Below are positions 45,398 through 54,623 of a stretch of 64,000 nt of DNA, one piece after another. Under the pieces are notes generated by a model that did no database searches, was not told the origin of the DNA, and saw nothing but the letters and a program-made list of their open reading frames with translations. The number at the start of each line of letters is the position of its first letter. Positions within the stretch are counted from its first letter, which is position 1. The translations under genes were made by a program, and so were the position numbers. The DNA lies in IMG/VR virus record IMGVR_UViG_3300009365_003824, positions 1 to 64,000 of that record; one strand, 5' to 3'. Source of the stretch: a virus.

Positions 45398-46941
45398 AGG
45401 TATTAATTACTACAAGCGGCCTGGGCACTAGACTAGGCGACCTCACCAAATATACCAACAAGGCTTTAATTAAACTGGGCGATAAAGCTGTAATATCTCA
45501 CATAATTGACACATATCCTTATGCTGATTTTGTGATAACTTTGGGGTATTTGGGCGATTATGTAAAACAATATTTAGAAATAGCACATCCAGACAGGAAT
45601 TTTGAGTTTGTTTATGTCGATCCATATAGCGGCCCCGGAAGCGGTCTTATCAAGTCTCTGTCTTTTGCTAGAAATCTGCTTCAAACACCATTCATATTCC
45701 ACGCTTGCGACACCATAGTTAATTACAAGCCCAACCTCACTTCAAATTGGATGGCTTGCGTTGAATCAGAACAATCAGATGCTTTTAGAACCGTTCGCAC
45801 AACAAATAACAAGATTACCAGAATAAATGAAAAGGGTGAAATTGATTACGACTTTGCTTACATAGGTGTTGCTGGAATAATAGATTACCGCCTATTCTGG
45901 GAGATTGTGGATTCTCTGTTGACTGGCTACATTGAGGATTCTAGTGATTGTCATATTTTGATGGAAATGTTAAATACCGTTTCCATTAATTTAGTAAAAA
46001 TTGATGATTGGGATGATACGGGTGGTGTCGAAAGATTAAATAAAGCCAAACAAAAACACCCCAATAAATACAATGTGTTGGACAAACCCGAAGAGGCCAT
46101 ATATTTCGTAAACAATACAGTAATTAAGTTTTTCCGAAATTCCACTATTTGCAAAAACAGGGTAACGAGAGCATCTGCATTAAGAACACTGGTTCCAGAA
46201 ATAACATCCTCTACAGAAAACTTTTACAAATACCCCTTAGCTAATGGTGTTTTGTTAGCCAGCGACATCACACAAGAAAGGATTTCTAACTTAGTGGAGT
46301 GGGCCAAACAAAACCTTTGGCACCCGGTTTCTGTAGATTCTAAGACTTTCAAAGGCAAGTGTTATGAATTTTACAAAGAAAAAACAAAGGGCAGAATAGC
46401 CAAATTTATAAAAAACTCTAACATGCCAGATAGAGAGTGTGTGATCAATAATCATACAGTGCCTAGCTGTGAATCGCTATTAAGCCAAGTAGATTGGGAG
46501 TTACTATGTGAAACAGAACCAACTTGTTTTCATGGTGATTTCATATTAGACAACATCCTCTTCACACTGGATTCATTTGTTTTATTAGATTGGAGGCAGG
46601 ATTTTGCAGGAGACGTTGTAGCGGGAGATAAATATTATGATTTGTCTAAATTAAACCATAATTTAACGCTTAATCACGATATTTTGACACAGGGGTTGTT
46701 TACAATTGATATAACTGATAAAGCAATCAAATGCGATGTGCTTAGAAGCCACAACATGGTGCAATGCCAACAGTTTTATCTTGATGCACTGGCAGCAAAT
46801 GGTTTTAACCTCAACAAGATTGAGGTTCTTACGCCTCTAATTTGGTTGAACATGTCACCACTACACACCTATCCATTGAATAATTTCCTGTTTTATTTCG
46901 GCAGATATAATTTGTGGAGAGCATTATGCGGGAACAAATAG
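45394..46941 (+). CDS. sugar-phosphate nucleotidyltransferase fused to APH/choline-kinase-like phosphotransferase
   Basis: SGLGTRL...NKAL N-terminus; HGDFILDNI, LLDWRQ, YYDLSKL C-terminus. Confidence 0.85.
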   Translation: MKVLITTSGLGTRLGDLTKYTNKALIKLGDKAVISHIIDTYPYADFVITLGYLGDYVKQYLEIAHPDRNFEFVYVDPYSGPGSGLIKSLSFARNLLQTPFIFHACDTIVNYKPNLTSNWMACVESEQSDAFRTVRTTNNKITRINEKGEIDYDFAYIGVAGIIDYRLFWEIVDSLLTGYIEDSSDCHILMEMLNTVSINLVKIDDWDDTGGVERLNKAKQKHPNKYNVLDKPEEAIYFVNNTVIKFFRNSTICKNRVTRASALRTLVPEITSSTENFYKYPLANGVLLASDITQERISNLVEWAKQNLWHPVSVDSKTFKGKCYEFYKEKTKGRIAKFIKNSNMPDRECVINNHTVPSCESLLSQVDWELLCETEPTCFHGDFILDNILFTLDSFVLLDWRQDFAGDVVAGDKYYDLSKLNHNLTLNHDILTQGLFTIDITDKAIKCDVLRSHNMVQCQQFYLDALAANGFNLNKIEVLTPLIWLNMSPLHTYPLNNFLFYFGRYNLWRALCGNK

Positions 46942-47914
46942 AAAAAACCAAATTGTTTTTAGGCCCAATGACAAAAAACATTGTTGATGGAGTTGTGGTT
47001 TGTAAAAACGTGGGCCTCATACCTTCAAGAAGACAGGTAGATCATACAGGTGGTTATGTAAACAACTGGACTACAGAAACTTTTAGTTCTTATGTTAGAA
47101 TTACGAATAAATCTACATTGATATGCAGGGATCACGGTGGAATAGGACAAGGTTCCGCAGGGATCACGGTGGAATAGGACAAGGTTCCGTTCCAGATTCG
47201 GGTGTAGATTCATTGTTATGTGATGCCAAAATGTTGGATATAATCCATATTGACCCGTGGAAATCACTAGGTTTTGAAGATAGCATTCAATATACCGTGG
47301 ATTTGATGGAAAGATGCAGCAACATAAATAATAGATGTCTGTTTGAAATAGGCACAGAGGAGGCCATCTTCCCAATGACAACTGAGATGCTTGAAGAACT
47401 TATCCGAAAAGTAAAAGAGTTGTCTTCTCATTATCCAAAAATAATTTATGCTGTTATTCAGTCGGGAACATCGCTGAAAAGTGGAATCAATACTGGCAAT
47501 TACGACAGGAATAGATTGATTAAAATGATCAAAATATGTTCTGATAATGGCCTGTTGTCCAAGGAGCATAATGGAGATTATTTAGAACCTAAGCAGATGA
47601 AAGAAAAATTTGAATTAGGATTGTCAGCCATTAACATAGCGCCTGAAGTTGCACACATAGAAACCGAGCTTATTCTCGATAGACTTTCTCCTAAAAAGAA
47701 ACAGATGTGGTTCGCCCTGTGTTTAGAACAAGGCAGTTGGAAAAAATGGTTTCCTGAAAATTACGATCCTGATGCCAATAAATATGAAGTGATAAGACTT
47801 TGCGGGCACTATGTTTTGAGTCGCCCCGAATTTAAAAAAATTTACGATATATCACAAGTTTCTGAAGATGTGATAAAAGATGTGAAAAACTTCATTAAAA
47901 AGAGGGTTCCATGA
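46926..47914 (+). pseudogene. GatZ/KbaZ-like TIM-barrel aldolase/epimerase, frameshifted by a 32-bp tandem duplication
   Basis: RDHGG.GQG, IHIDP, EIGTEE, VIQSGT, KEHNGDY; removing 32 bp leaves a 957-bp intact ORF. Confidence 0.75.
47125..47188 (+). repeat. perfect 32-bp tandem duplication
   Basis: GCAGGGATCACGGTGGAATAGGACAAGGTTCC x2. Confidence 0.97.
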
Positions 47915-48270
47915 TAGAAAGACCCAAGACTTTATTCGTTGACATTGACGGAACCTTGTTATTCCACCACGGTTGCGGCAATCTTCAAGCTAATACGCAA
48001 CCAGTGCTCTTAGCAGGAGTGCATAAAAAATTTGATGAGTGGGATAGAAAAGGCTATAGGATATTTTTAGTAACTGGACGTAGAGAAAGCGAACGCAAAA
48101 AGACAGAAGAACAACTGCAATCTGTAGGTATTGTGTATGATGGTCTAATTATGGGCATTGGTGGTGGAGTTAGAGTGTTAATTAATGATTTAAAAGAAGA
48201 ATCAAAAGACCCTACTGCGTTGGCAATTTGCATTGAACGCAACGAAGGCATAGAGAATATAAATGTTTAA
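47911..48270 (+). CDS. capless HAD-superfamily phosphatase
   Basis: DIDGTL, VTGR, LIND. Confidence 0.85.
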   Translation: MIERPKTLFVDIDGTLLFHHGCGNLQANTQPVLLAGVHKKFDEWDRKGYRIFLVTGRRESERKKTEEQLQSVGIVYDGLIMGIGGGVRVLINDLKEESKDPTALAICIERNEGIENINV

Positions 48271-48851
48271 TTATGGACAAATAGAACCCTGTTAATTTTT
48301 CCCACTCTAACATTTTCTTCTAAGACTTTATTAGCAAGCAACCAATCAGCGGCCACATCACCTGGGTCCAAACCACCAGCCCTTAAAACCAACTCTCTGC
48401 GTATAGCAAAAGCCCCCATGTCTATTCGTCCTATGGCCAATTCAGTGGTTAATTTTTTATATAGAAAATAACTATGCACCATGTCCCAATAGATAAAATC
48501 TAATTCGTGTTTAATCTTGTTGACTTCTGCTACGAAAGTAGGGCAATAATAATTGTCATGGCCTGAAAACACAATGAAGTCACCAGAGGCTTTTTCTAGT
48601 CCAAAATTTCTAGCATGATGTCCCCATTGTCCTTTGTAGGGTATGTGAAAATATTTAATTTTCTCCCGGTTGTCAGCCACATACCCATAAATTATATCAT
48701 CTGCTCTTTTGTCTGGCCCATCACATACCAAAATCAACTCCCAGTTTGGATCATTTTGGCATAACATGCAATTCACAATTATGTGAATACAGTTAATCCT
48801 TTTGTACACGGGGACGATTAAAGAAATCGGCATTGCCTCTACCTGTTCCAT
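48267..48851 (-). CDS. GT2 glycosyltransferase
   Basis: SLIVPVY, DGPD, ARNFGL..ASGDF, HDN; start may be 48833. Confidence 0.85.
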   Translation of the reverse strand: MEQVEAMPISLIVPVYKRINCIHIIVNCMLCQNDPNWELILVCDGPDKRADDIIYGYVADNREKIKYFHIPYKGQWGHHARNFGLEKASGDFIVFSGHDNYYCPTFVAEVNKIKHELDFIYWDMVHSYFLYKKLTTELAIGRIDMGAFAIRRELVLRAGGLDPGDVAADWLLANKVLEENVRVGKINRVLFVHN

Positions 48852-49839
48852 TCTTTCTTAATTGTTTACTTTTGTCGCTGATTTTACTAACTGATCTAGA
48901 TACTAACTTAGCGTCACTGCCAAAATACCTTTTGTAAAACGCATGAACGTGTGGGAGCTTTTCTTCCATTTTTTGCTCAATCTGAGTCAGATGGTATGCA
49001 CCCAAACGAAGTCGTTCCATTCTAGCGTGTCGGTTAGGAGACTGTGTGAACACCCCGTAATGATATACACATTCTTCTTTGGTAACTTGACTTAATTTAA
49101 CAATTTTTTTATCTTGCTCTTCTAGTCTGCGTTTTAAGAAAGACCCTATTTCATAAGTAACAATATCAATCTGCCTAGCTTCTTCTCCTGCTACATGTTG
49201 GTCGCCACCGTTATATTCTAAATCTGCAAAACCCTCAACAAATGGACCTTCCATCCAGTAACCAGACCATCTATGTGATTCTTCTTTTTTTACTATCGTA
49301 AATTCGGTGCCCAATTTAGGAAATGTCAAATAGGTTTTATCTTTTATCTTAGACACCCTTAGCCTGTTTGTGTCTTCAAATCTAGGATCTTCATAAAAGA
49401 CCGCACCAACTGATGGCATATTAATTTCTTCTTTTACAGCACACCAGCTTGGATCTAGAATTAATACATCATCATGCATAACCAAATAGTCTTTTGTAAA
49501 AACCCAAGGATATGCTGAATCTAAGGCTTGACCTTGACCAATACGAGACCATGTTCTTTGAACGGTAATGGGAATATATTCTCTAATTTTTTCTAAGAAA
49601 ATCTGCTTCCTATCTTGGTTTACAAGATTTCCAGTCCTTTTATCAGGACCATTGATAGACACGATGATGTGTTTTAGATAATCTGTTGAATTTAAGAATA
49701 GACTCACAATGCTAAGAGCCAGCATTTGAGGCGGGCAATTATAAGTAGGAACAATGGCTGTAATGCCATCATTGGCATCTTCACTTATTGCCTTTTGCTC
49801 ATCAAAAAAGTGCAGTTTTTTACCATTTTGCTTTAGCAT
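48793..49839 (-). CDS. GT-A-like glycosyltransferase (paralog of 33313-34359)
   Basis: TAIVPTY, INGPDKRTG, WSRIGQGQA, MHDD, EIGS. Confidence 0.65.
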   Translation of the reverse strand: MLKQNGKKLHFFDEQKAISEDANDGITAIVPTYNCPPQMLALSIVSLFLNSTDYLKHIIVSINGPDKRTGNLVNQDRKQIFLEKIREYIPITVQRTWSRIGQGQALDSAYPWVFTKDYLVMHDDVLILDPSWCAVKEEINMPSVGAVFYEDPRFEDTNRLRVSKIKDKTYLTFPKLGTEFTIVKKEESHRWSGYWMEGPFVEGFADLEYNGGDQHVAGEEARQIDIVTYEIGSFLKRRLEEQDKKIVKLSQVTKEECVYHYGVFTQSPNRHARMERLRLGAYHLTQIEQKMEEKLPHVHAFYKRYFGSDAKLVSRSVSKISDKSKQLRKNGTGRGNADFFNRPRVQKD

Positions 49840-49852
49840 ATCTTAAATAAGA

Positions 49853-49881
49853 AAGTCGCCCCTAAAAATTAGGGGCGACTT
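49853..49881. terminator. perfect inverted repeat, probable terminator after rmlA-like gene
   Basis: AAGTCGCCCCTAA-AAA-TTAGGGGCGACTT. Confidence 0.7.
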
Positions 49882-49890
49882 CACCGTTCC

Positions 49891-50622
49891 TCAACTCTGA
49901 CGCTTCCAGTTAAAGACCTCGCAACATGTTTCCATATACACTTCTAGGCTTTCACCAGCATCTCGCCACCAACCATCAAGGAGATTAGCTTTTAACAAGC
50001 CATCTTTTAAATAAAGATTATTCAAATCAGTTATTTCCAGTTCCCCCCTGGCCGAAGGGCTTAAAGAATTGATATACTCCCAAACCCTACTGTCATACAT
50101 GTAAATCCCGGTGGCAATGAGATTAGACTTGGGGTTTTTGGGCTTCTCTATAATTGATAGAACATTTCCATCGTCATCTGTTTCTACTACACCATACCAT
50201 TCTGGATGTTCTACTTTAGTTAGAAAAATTCTAGCACCATTGGGATTGGTTGTAAATTCTTCTACAGCTTTTGGGAATGGATTTTCAACTAAATTATCTG
50301 CCAAAACAACACACATGGGATCATCTCCCACGAAACTTTCAGCATAAGATAGTGCGTCCGCAATCCCTCTGGGTTCATCTTGATAGGTGTAGTGGAGGCG
50401 TTTTAATCCAAACTCCTCCCCGTTTCCTAATATTCTAAGAAATTCTCCTGCTGCGTTGCCTCCGCAAACCAAGAGAATGTCGGTCACTCCACTTTCGACA
50501 AGTGACCTGATTGGATAATAAATCATTGGTTGATCACAAACAGGCAAAAGACATTTGTTTGTGACTTTTGTAAGCGGTTTAAGGCGTGTACCTAGACCAC
50601 CAGCCAGAATAATACCTTTCAT
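49891..50622 (-). CDS. rmlA: glucose-1-phosphate thymidylyltransferase (short RmlA/SpsI type)
   Basis: GIILAGGLGTRL.PLT...NKCLLPV, EKP, SARGELEITD, W.DAG. Confidence 0.9.
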   Translation of the reverse strand: MKGIILAGGLGTRLKPLTKVTNKCLLPVCDQPMIYYPIRSLVESGVTDILLVCGGNAAGEFLRILGNGEEFGLKRLHYTYQDEPRGIADALSYAESFVGDDPMCVVLADNLVENPFPKAVEEFTTNPNGARIFLTKVEHPEWYGVVETDDDGNVLSIIEKPKNPKSNLIATGIYMYDSRVWEYINSLSPSARGELEITDLNNLYLKDGLLKANLLDGWWRDAGESLEVYMETCCEVFNWKRQS

Positions 50623-50676
50623 TATTTTATCTCCGATTGCCTTTCAAAGCTCGAAGATAATATAGTTAGTAGTACA

Positions 50677-50722
50677 TAAAAAAAACCCACTCTACCCCGA
50701 CAGATGCAAGGGGCAGAGTGGG
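50677..50722 (-). terminator. rho-independent terminator
   Basis: CCCACTCTGCCCC...GGGGTAGAGTGGG plus T-run on the minus strand. Confidence 0.7.
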
Positions 50723-50741
50723 CCGACCATGAAAAGGTCTT

Positions 50742-50933
50742 CTATACGGCTACGGCGGCGTCTGTTGATGACCAGCCACGAGATACATCAATGACATATT
50801 CGCCCGATTCTAATTCATCTTGGGCCATTTCTTCCGCATCAGACGAAGAAGGGCAGCTAAACTGCAACTTTCTCCGTTTCGGCCTCTTGGTGTCCAGATT
50901 CTTCCTCTCCACGATCACTTGGTAGTTCGGCAT
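50742..50933 (-). CDS. hypothetical protein
   Basis: 63 aa, SD-like AAGGAAG, ends before terminator. Confidence 0.55.
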   Translation of the reverse strand: MPNYQVIVERKNLDTKRPKRRKLQFSCPSSSDAEEMAQDELESGEYVIDVSRGWSSTDAAVAV

Positions 50934-51204
50934 CTTCCTTTTTTTCCTCCTCTATCACGTTATTTTGAGTTAGGAACTCCAAAATAACGCTTTCCACGAA
51001 CTCTAATTGGGCAACTGCCAATGCCTTGCTGAAGGGCATCTTCTTGCCTAGTTTCTCGCACCGCTCCCAGATTTGTTCACGATCTTCGCAGGCTAACACA
51101 GCAGCATCGGTAGTGTAAGAGTAGTCTCCTACCATGCCTCTACGGATAGCGTGCTCAATACGAACAGTAAGCGGGCGCACGTCGGAAGGTTTTATCTTAT
51201 CCAT
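50857..51204 (-). CDS. hypothetical protein
   Basis: 115-aa ORF. Confidence 0.55.
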   Translation of the reverse strand: MDKIKPSDVRPLTVRIEHAIRRGMVGDYSYTTDAAVLACEDREQIWERCEKLGKKMPFSKALAVAQLEFVESVILEFLTQNNVIEEEKKEDAELPSDRGEEESGHQEAETEKVAV

Positions 51205-51288
51205 TTGCGCAGACTCGCTATAAACACATTATTGGACATTACCAACATGTTAGCATAAATAGCGATAAAGTGAAGGAAAGAGCTTGAT

Positions 51289-51729
51289 TTAACCTAGAAA
51301 ATCCACACCATCAACGGGTTCTTCGTTCAACAGTACGTCCTCAGAAGATTCATTGCACTTATCATCACAGCAAGGAGTCTCATTGAGAGGCTTGGTTTCT
51401 GGTTTTACTACTACTTGCTCAACTTTGCCTTCTGTAGTCACAGTATCAGGTTGATCTAAGATTAATTTCTCTTCTTGCATTTTTTGTTGCTCCTCAGTGA
51501 TCAATGCTCTCACCAATCGAATTTCGTTCGTTTTTACCATTTCCATAAAGTAGGAATCACCTTGAAATTCTGCCCCTGGTGCTACTGTCTTGGTGCCATC
51601 GTCCAATGGCTTAGGTAGCATCAAGGTGGCATCATTGTGGTTCCTGTAGACATACACGCCAGTTCCTCTTCTGGCTTGTTCAATCTTTTTATGCCTGTAT
51701 TCTCTGGCTTCATACTTGTTTAGCTTCAT
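51289..51729 (-). CDS. hypothetical (probably late) protein
   Basis: SD AAGGAG; TATATA upstream; LNE motifs near C-terminus. Confidence 0.7.
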   Translation of the reverse strand: MKLNKYEAREYRHKKIEQARRGTGVYVYRNHNDATLMLPKPLDDGTKTVAPGAEFQGDSYFMEMVKTNEIRLVRALITEEQQKMQEEKLILDQPDTVTTEGKVEQVVVKPETKPLNETPCCDDKCNESSEDVLLNEEPVDGVDFLG

Positions 51730-51816
51730 GTTTTCTCCTTTTTGGTTTAGATTTTTAAACCAATCGTCTTAGTATATAGTAGTAGCTCGGCTAAATTATT
51801 AAGAAAGGATGTTAGT

Positions 51817-52137
51817 ATGAATAAGCCCCCTAAATGGTCGCAAATCTACCCACAGGGAACTGCGAAAGGAGACGAAGAGCAACACTTCTTTGTTGTTCTA
51901 TCAAGAGGCAAATACGACTTTCTGAGTATTGCCCAAATTGCTCAAGAATCTAAATTGAGCAAGAAGCGAGTGGAAGAAATCATAGAAAAATACTACACCT
52001 TAAATGTGGTGCTACAAAATCCAGAAAACGAAGATCAATGGGGATATTGGGAAAGATGTGAAAGTCTGCTGCCCGAAGAAAAGCCCAGTATCTCCCGAAC
52101 CGATAAAGAATCGAGAATCAAAAAGGCACGATTATAA
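51817..52137 (+). CDS. winged-helix-like hypothetical protein
   Basis: SIAQIAQESKLSKKRVEEII. Confidence 0.6.
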   Translation: MNKPPKWSQIYPQGTAKGDEEQHFFVVLSRGKYDFLSIAQIAQESKLSKKRVEEIIEKYYTLNVVLQNPENEDQWGYWERCESLLPEEKPSISRTDKESRIKKARL

Positions 52138-52142
52138 AGAAA

Positions 52143-52174
52143 AAAAGCAAGCCCGCGCAAGCGGGCTTGCTTTT
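52143..52174. terminator. bidirectional terminator
   Basis: AAAAGCAAGCCCGC-GCAA-GCGGGCTTGCTTTT. Confidence 0.9.
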
Positions 52175-52198
52175 CTCATATTATAAAATCAATATTGC

Positions 52199-52420
52199 TT
52201 AGGCGTTCTTGCCGGTTAATTGGCCATCAGCCGTCGCAGATGTTGGGTTGAAATACTTGTGCGGATATTGTGCTCTAACATATGCGTCAGGATAGTTCTT
52301 GCTCGACCCGGCTCTATGGGTGTTTTCACTAGAATCCTCTGTGCTTTCTCCACCAGCTATGGTGTTCAGCAAATCTGTTTTAGCATTATCTTCTTCTACC
52401 CATTGGCGAAACGTTTTCAT
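52199..52420 (-). CDS. small capsid-targeting-like N-terminus protein
   Basis: MKTFRQWVEE; SD GAGG. Confidence 0.75.
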   Translation of the reverse strand: MKTFRQWVEEDNAKTDLLNTIAGGESTEDSSENTHRAGSSKNYPDAYVRAQYPHKYFNPTSATADGQLTGKNA

Positions 52421-52565
52421 AATTTATCCTCTCTAAATCAACTGGGGATCTCAGTTCATTATATATAGCCCCCAGTTTCATTTTTTATTCGTTATTACCA
52501 ATCCATTTTTGTGCGCTCATAAGGATAAATATATTGGGGAGCACAATCAAAGGAGGATATTTATT

Positions 52566-52835
52566 ATGAAATTCGATAAAAACACACTAGCAATTATTGC
52601 TTTGGCATTGGGTGCTGTCTGTGCTTATTTCTGGATGCAAGACCAAAAAGGAAATACGCCACCGCCACAACAACCTAATGCACAATCTCCATTTGGTCAA
52701 AATTGGATGCCGTCGCAGCAACAGGTTCCACCGGGACAGCCGCCGCAACAACAGGTTCCACCACAGTCACCACCGCAACAGGGGCCTCCGCAGCAAATGC
52801 CACCGGAACAGCCTTTTCCACCGAGAGGAGGGTGA
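52566..52835 (+). CDS. membrane-anchored Pro/Gln-rich small protein
   Basis: SD AGGAGG; N-terminal TM; QQVPP repeats. Confidence 0.7.
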   Translation: MKFDKNTLAIIALALGAVCAYFWMQDQKGNTPPPQQPNAQSPFGQNWMPSQQQVPPGQPPQQQVPPQSPPQQGPPQQMPPEQPFPPRGG

Positions 52836-52892
52836 AAGCCTGGGTTTTACACTAATCACGGTAGTTTACTAGATTGGAAGATATATAATTAA

Positions 52893-53051
52893 ATGGCATG
52901 TGGAAATTGTGGAAAAAAAGGCACAGTCAGAATGAGAACTTATGACTGGGAAAAGAGTCGCAAACGGGCTAAAGCTATCATCAAGCGAAAGCGTGAGATG
53001 AGTCATTATCATGCTAAGGCCCGAATGGTTTTCAATAAAATGCATTTGTGA
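52893..53051 (+). CDS. small basic protein MACGNCG... (52 aa, not in ORF track)
   Basis: TATATA 5 nt before ATG; Lys/Arg-rich. Confidence 0.6.
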   Translation: MACGNCGKKGTVRMRTYDWEKSRKRAKAIIKRKREMSHYHAKARMVFNKMHL

Positions 53052-53061
53052 GGTAAAAATT

Positions 53062-53310
53062 ATGGGATGTGGTTGTAATAAAAGTGTTCGTAGTACTGGT
53101 AGTAGAACCAAAATGACTGTAGCCAGGGCCAGCAGAGTTGTGTCATCTTCTAAAAGCACTAGAGCCAGCAGGATGATCCCTCAATCAGTGTTGAAACAAC
53201 AAGCTGCCAAGCAGGCTGAATTAGAACAAGGAACTTCCGCACTAGAAAAACAACGCAAGTTGAGAGACATAAGAAGAAGAATTATTGCTCAAAAACTAGG
53301 ACACCATTAG
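53062..53310 (+). CDS. small basic protein MGCGCNK...
   Basis: SD GAGG; ATG 53062. Confidence 0.7.
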   Translation: MGCGCNKSVRSTGSRTKMTVARASRVVSSSKSTRASRMIPQSVLKQQAAKQAELEQGTSALEKQRKLRDIRRRIIAQKLGHH

Positions 53311-54137
53311 TTTTCTGCCATGTTTACGGTGTCTTTCATATATGGCATTACCCAGTTGTTTGGATCAACCACAAGGTTGACTGAGGTATTGCTAAAGGAC
53401 CAGTAGAGCGTTTTGTTTTCCTCATACCAACAAATCTTCATCTCTTTTGGAACCAAAAATCCGTTCACTGATTGAAAGCTCAAGACTTCTGAACTTGCTA
53501 TTCCATTATCAGATAAGTCCAACAAATAGTGTCCTATTATTGCTTTTTTCTCTGCATCAATGAGAGTTATTTTCTTAACCCAATTGCCCGTTGAAGCACT
53601 CACTTTTCTTTCTTCAACTAGGATATATTTCTCATTTCTCTTGATTTTATCTGGCAGTTCTATTACCCCAACATTTAGACATTCTATCATCCACAAAGGG
53701 TGAAACGGGGTTTTAAGGCGTGTCTTGTGAAGACTTGCGTGTTCTGAATAATACAGCGCAGGAGGCTTCATACGCCTTGACCAGAACCAAAATATGTTAT
53801 TAGTTGAGCCGACATCTAATTCTCTTCCAGTGATAGAATTAGCAAGCATCCTAAAATTAAGATCCTTTTCGTAGGCAATGGAACCTCTAAGATTGAAGGG
53901 GCTATCAACTATGTCTATGGCAACATCTGTTTTCATTGTCCTCAGCAGTTTATTGTGAGCATTTATTTCGTGAAATAATTGCAACACCTTTTGCTTCTCT
54001 GAGGTTTCTTGTGGCTCTAAATTGGCAACACCACCAGCACTCAAATAATGAGAAGAAGGTGGTGATCCCTGGAAATTAATATACCAGAAAAACACAATTG
54101 CCAAAATCATTATGGTTATTACTAAAATCTTCTGCAA
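53307..54137 (-). CDS. membrane-anchored LolA/DUF4292-like fold protein
   Basis: N-terminal TM; NFRM...ELDVGS...FWFW; VPKEMKI.W. Confidence 0.55.
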   Translation of the reverse strand: MQKILVITIMILAIVFFWYINFQGSPPSSHYLSAGGVANLEPQETSEKQKVLQLFHEINAHNKLLRTMKTDVAIDIVDSPFNLRGSIAYEKDLNFRMLANSITGRELDVGSTNNIFWFWSRRMKPPALYYSEHASLHKTRLKTPFHPLWMIECLNVGVIELPDKIKRNEKYILVEERKVSASTGNWVKKITLIDAEKKAIIGHYLLDLSDNGIASSEVLSFQSVNGFLVPKEMKICWYEENKTLYWSFSNTSVNLVVDPNNWVMPYMKDTVNMAEN

Positions 54138-54547
54138 CGGTAGTACCTCACACCAAAACAGCCCAACAACCTTCGCAAGGGTCGTCTATGACGTATATAC
54201 TTAAATGGTCTACATCTATGACGAGTAACGCATGGTTTTTTAACACAAGTGGGCGTTTCCACGAAGGTATTACAAATTAACAACCCTTCTCCGTTTGAAG
54301 GGGTGAATTCCTGATAAGGGACATATTCGATGTATTCATCTTCATATTCCCTTAGTTCCAATCCAATTAAAGGTTCTTCATTAGGTTTCCTTGAAGAAAA
54401 ATCACATAATTCCAAACCCACGATTTGATGATTGGTGTTTGCCACAACCGCTCTTTTTGGCGGTATATTCAAAATATGTTCTGTAATATAAGGCAGGTTC
54501 ATCAATGCGGCCAGAAATACCGCAATTCCTGCGAGCGTGTTTTTCAT
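54122..54547 (-). CDS. hypothetical protein with N-terminal hydrophobic segment
   Basis: SD GGGAGG; Arg/Cys-rich tail RRPLRRLL. Confidence 0.6.
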   Translation of the reverse strand: MKNTLAGIAVFLAALMNLPYITEHILNIPPKRAVVANTNHQIVGLELCDFSSRKPNEEPLIGLELREYEDEYIEYVPYQEFTPSNGEGLLICNTFVETPTCVKKPCVTRHRCRPFKYIRHRRPLRRLLGCFGVRYYRCRRF

Positions 54548-54623
54548 AGAGTCCCTCCCAAAAAATACGTTCGTTATTATATATATCCTTACTGAGCTTG
54601 GTTTTTACGTTGGAGAAAAAAAC

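Noticed and set aside
47123-47914. Two separate genes 46914-47177 and 47123-47914
   Set aside because: They are halves of one gene split by the 32-bp duplication.
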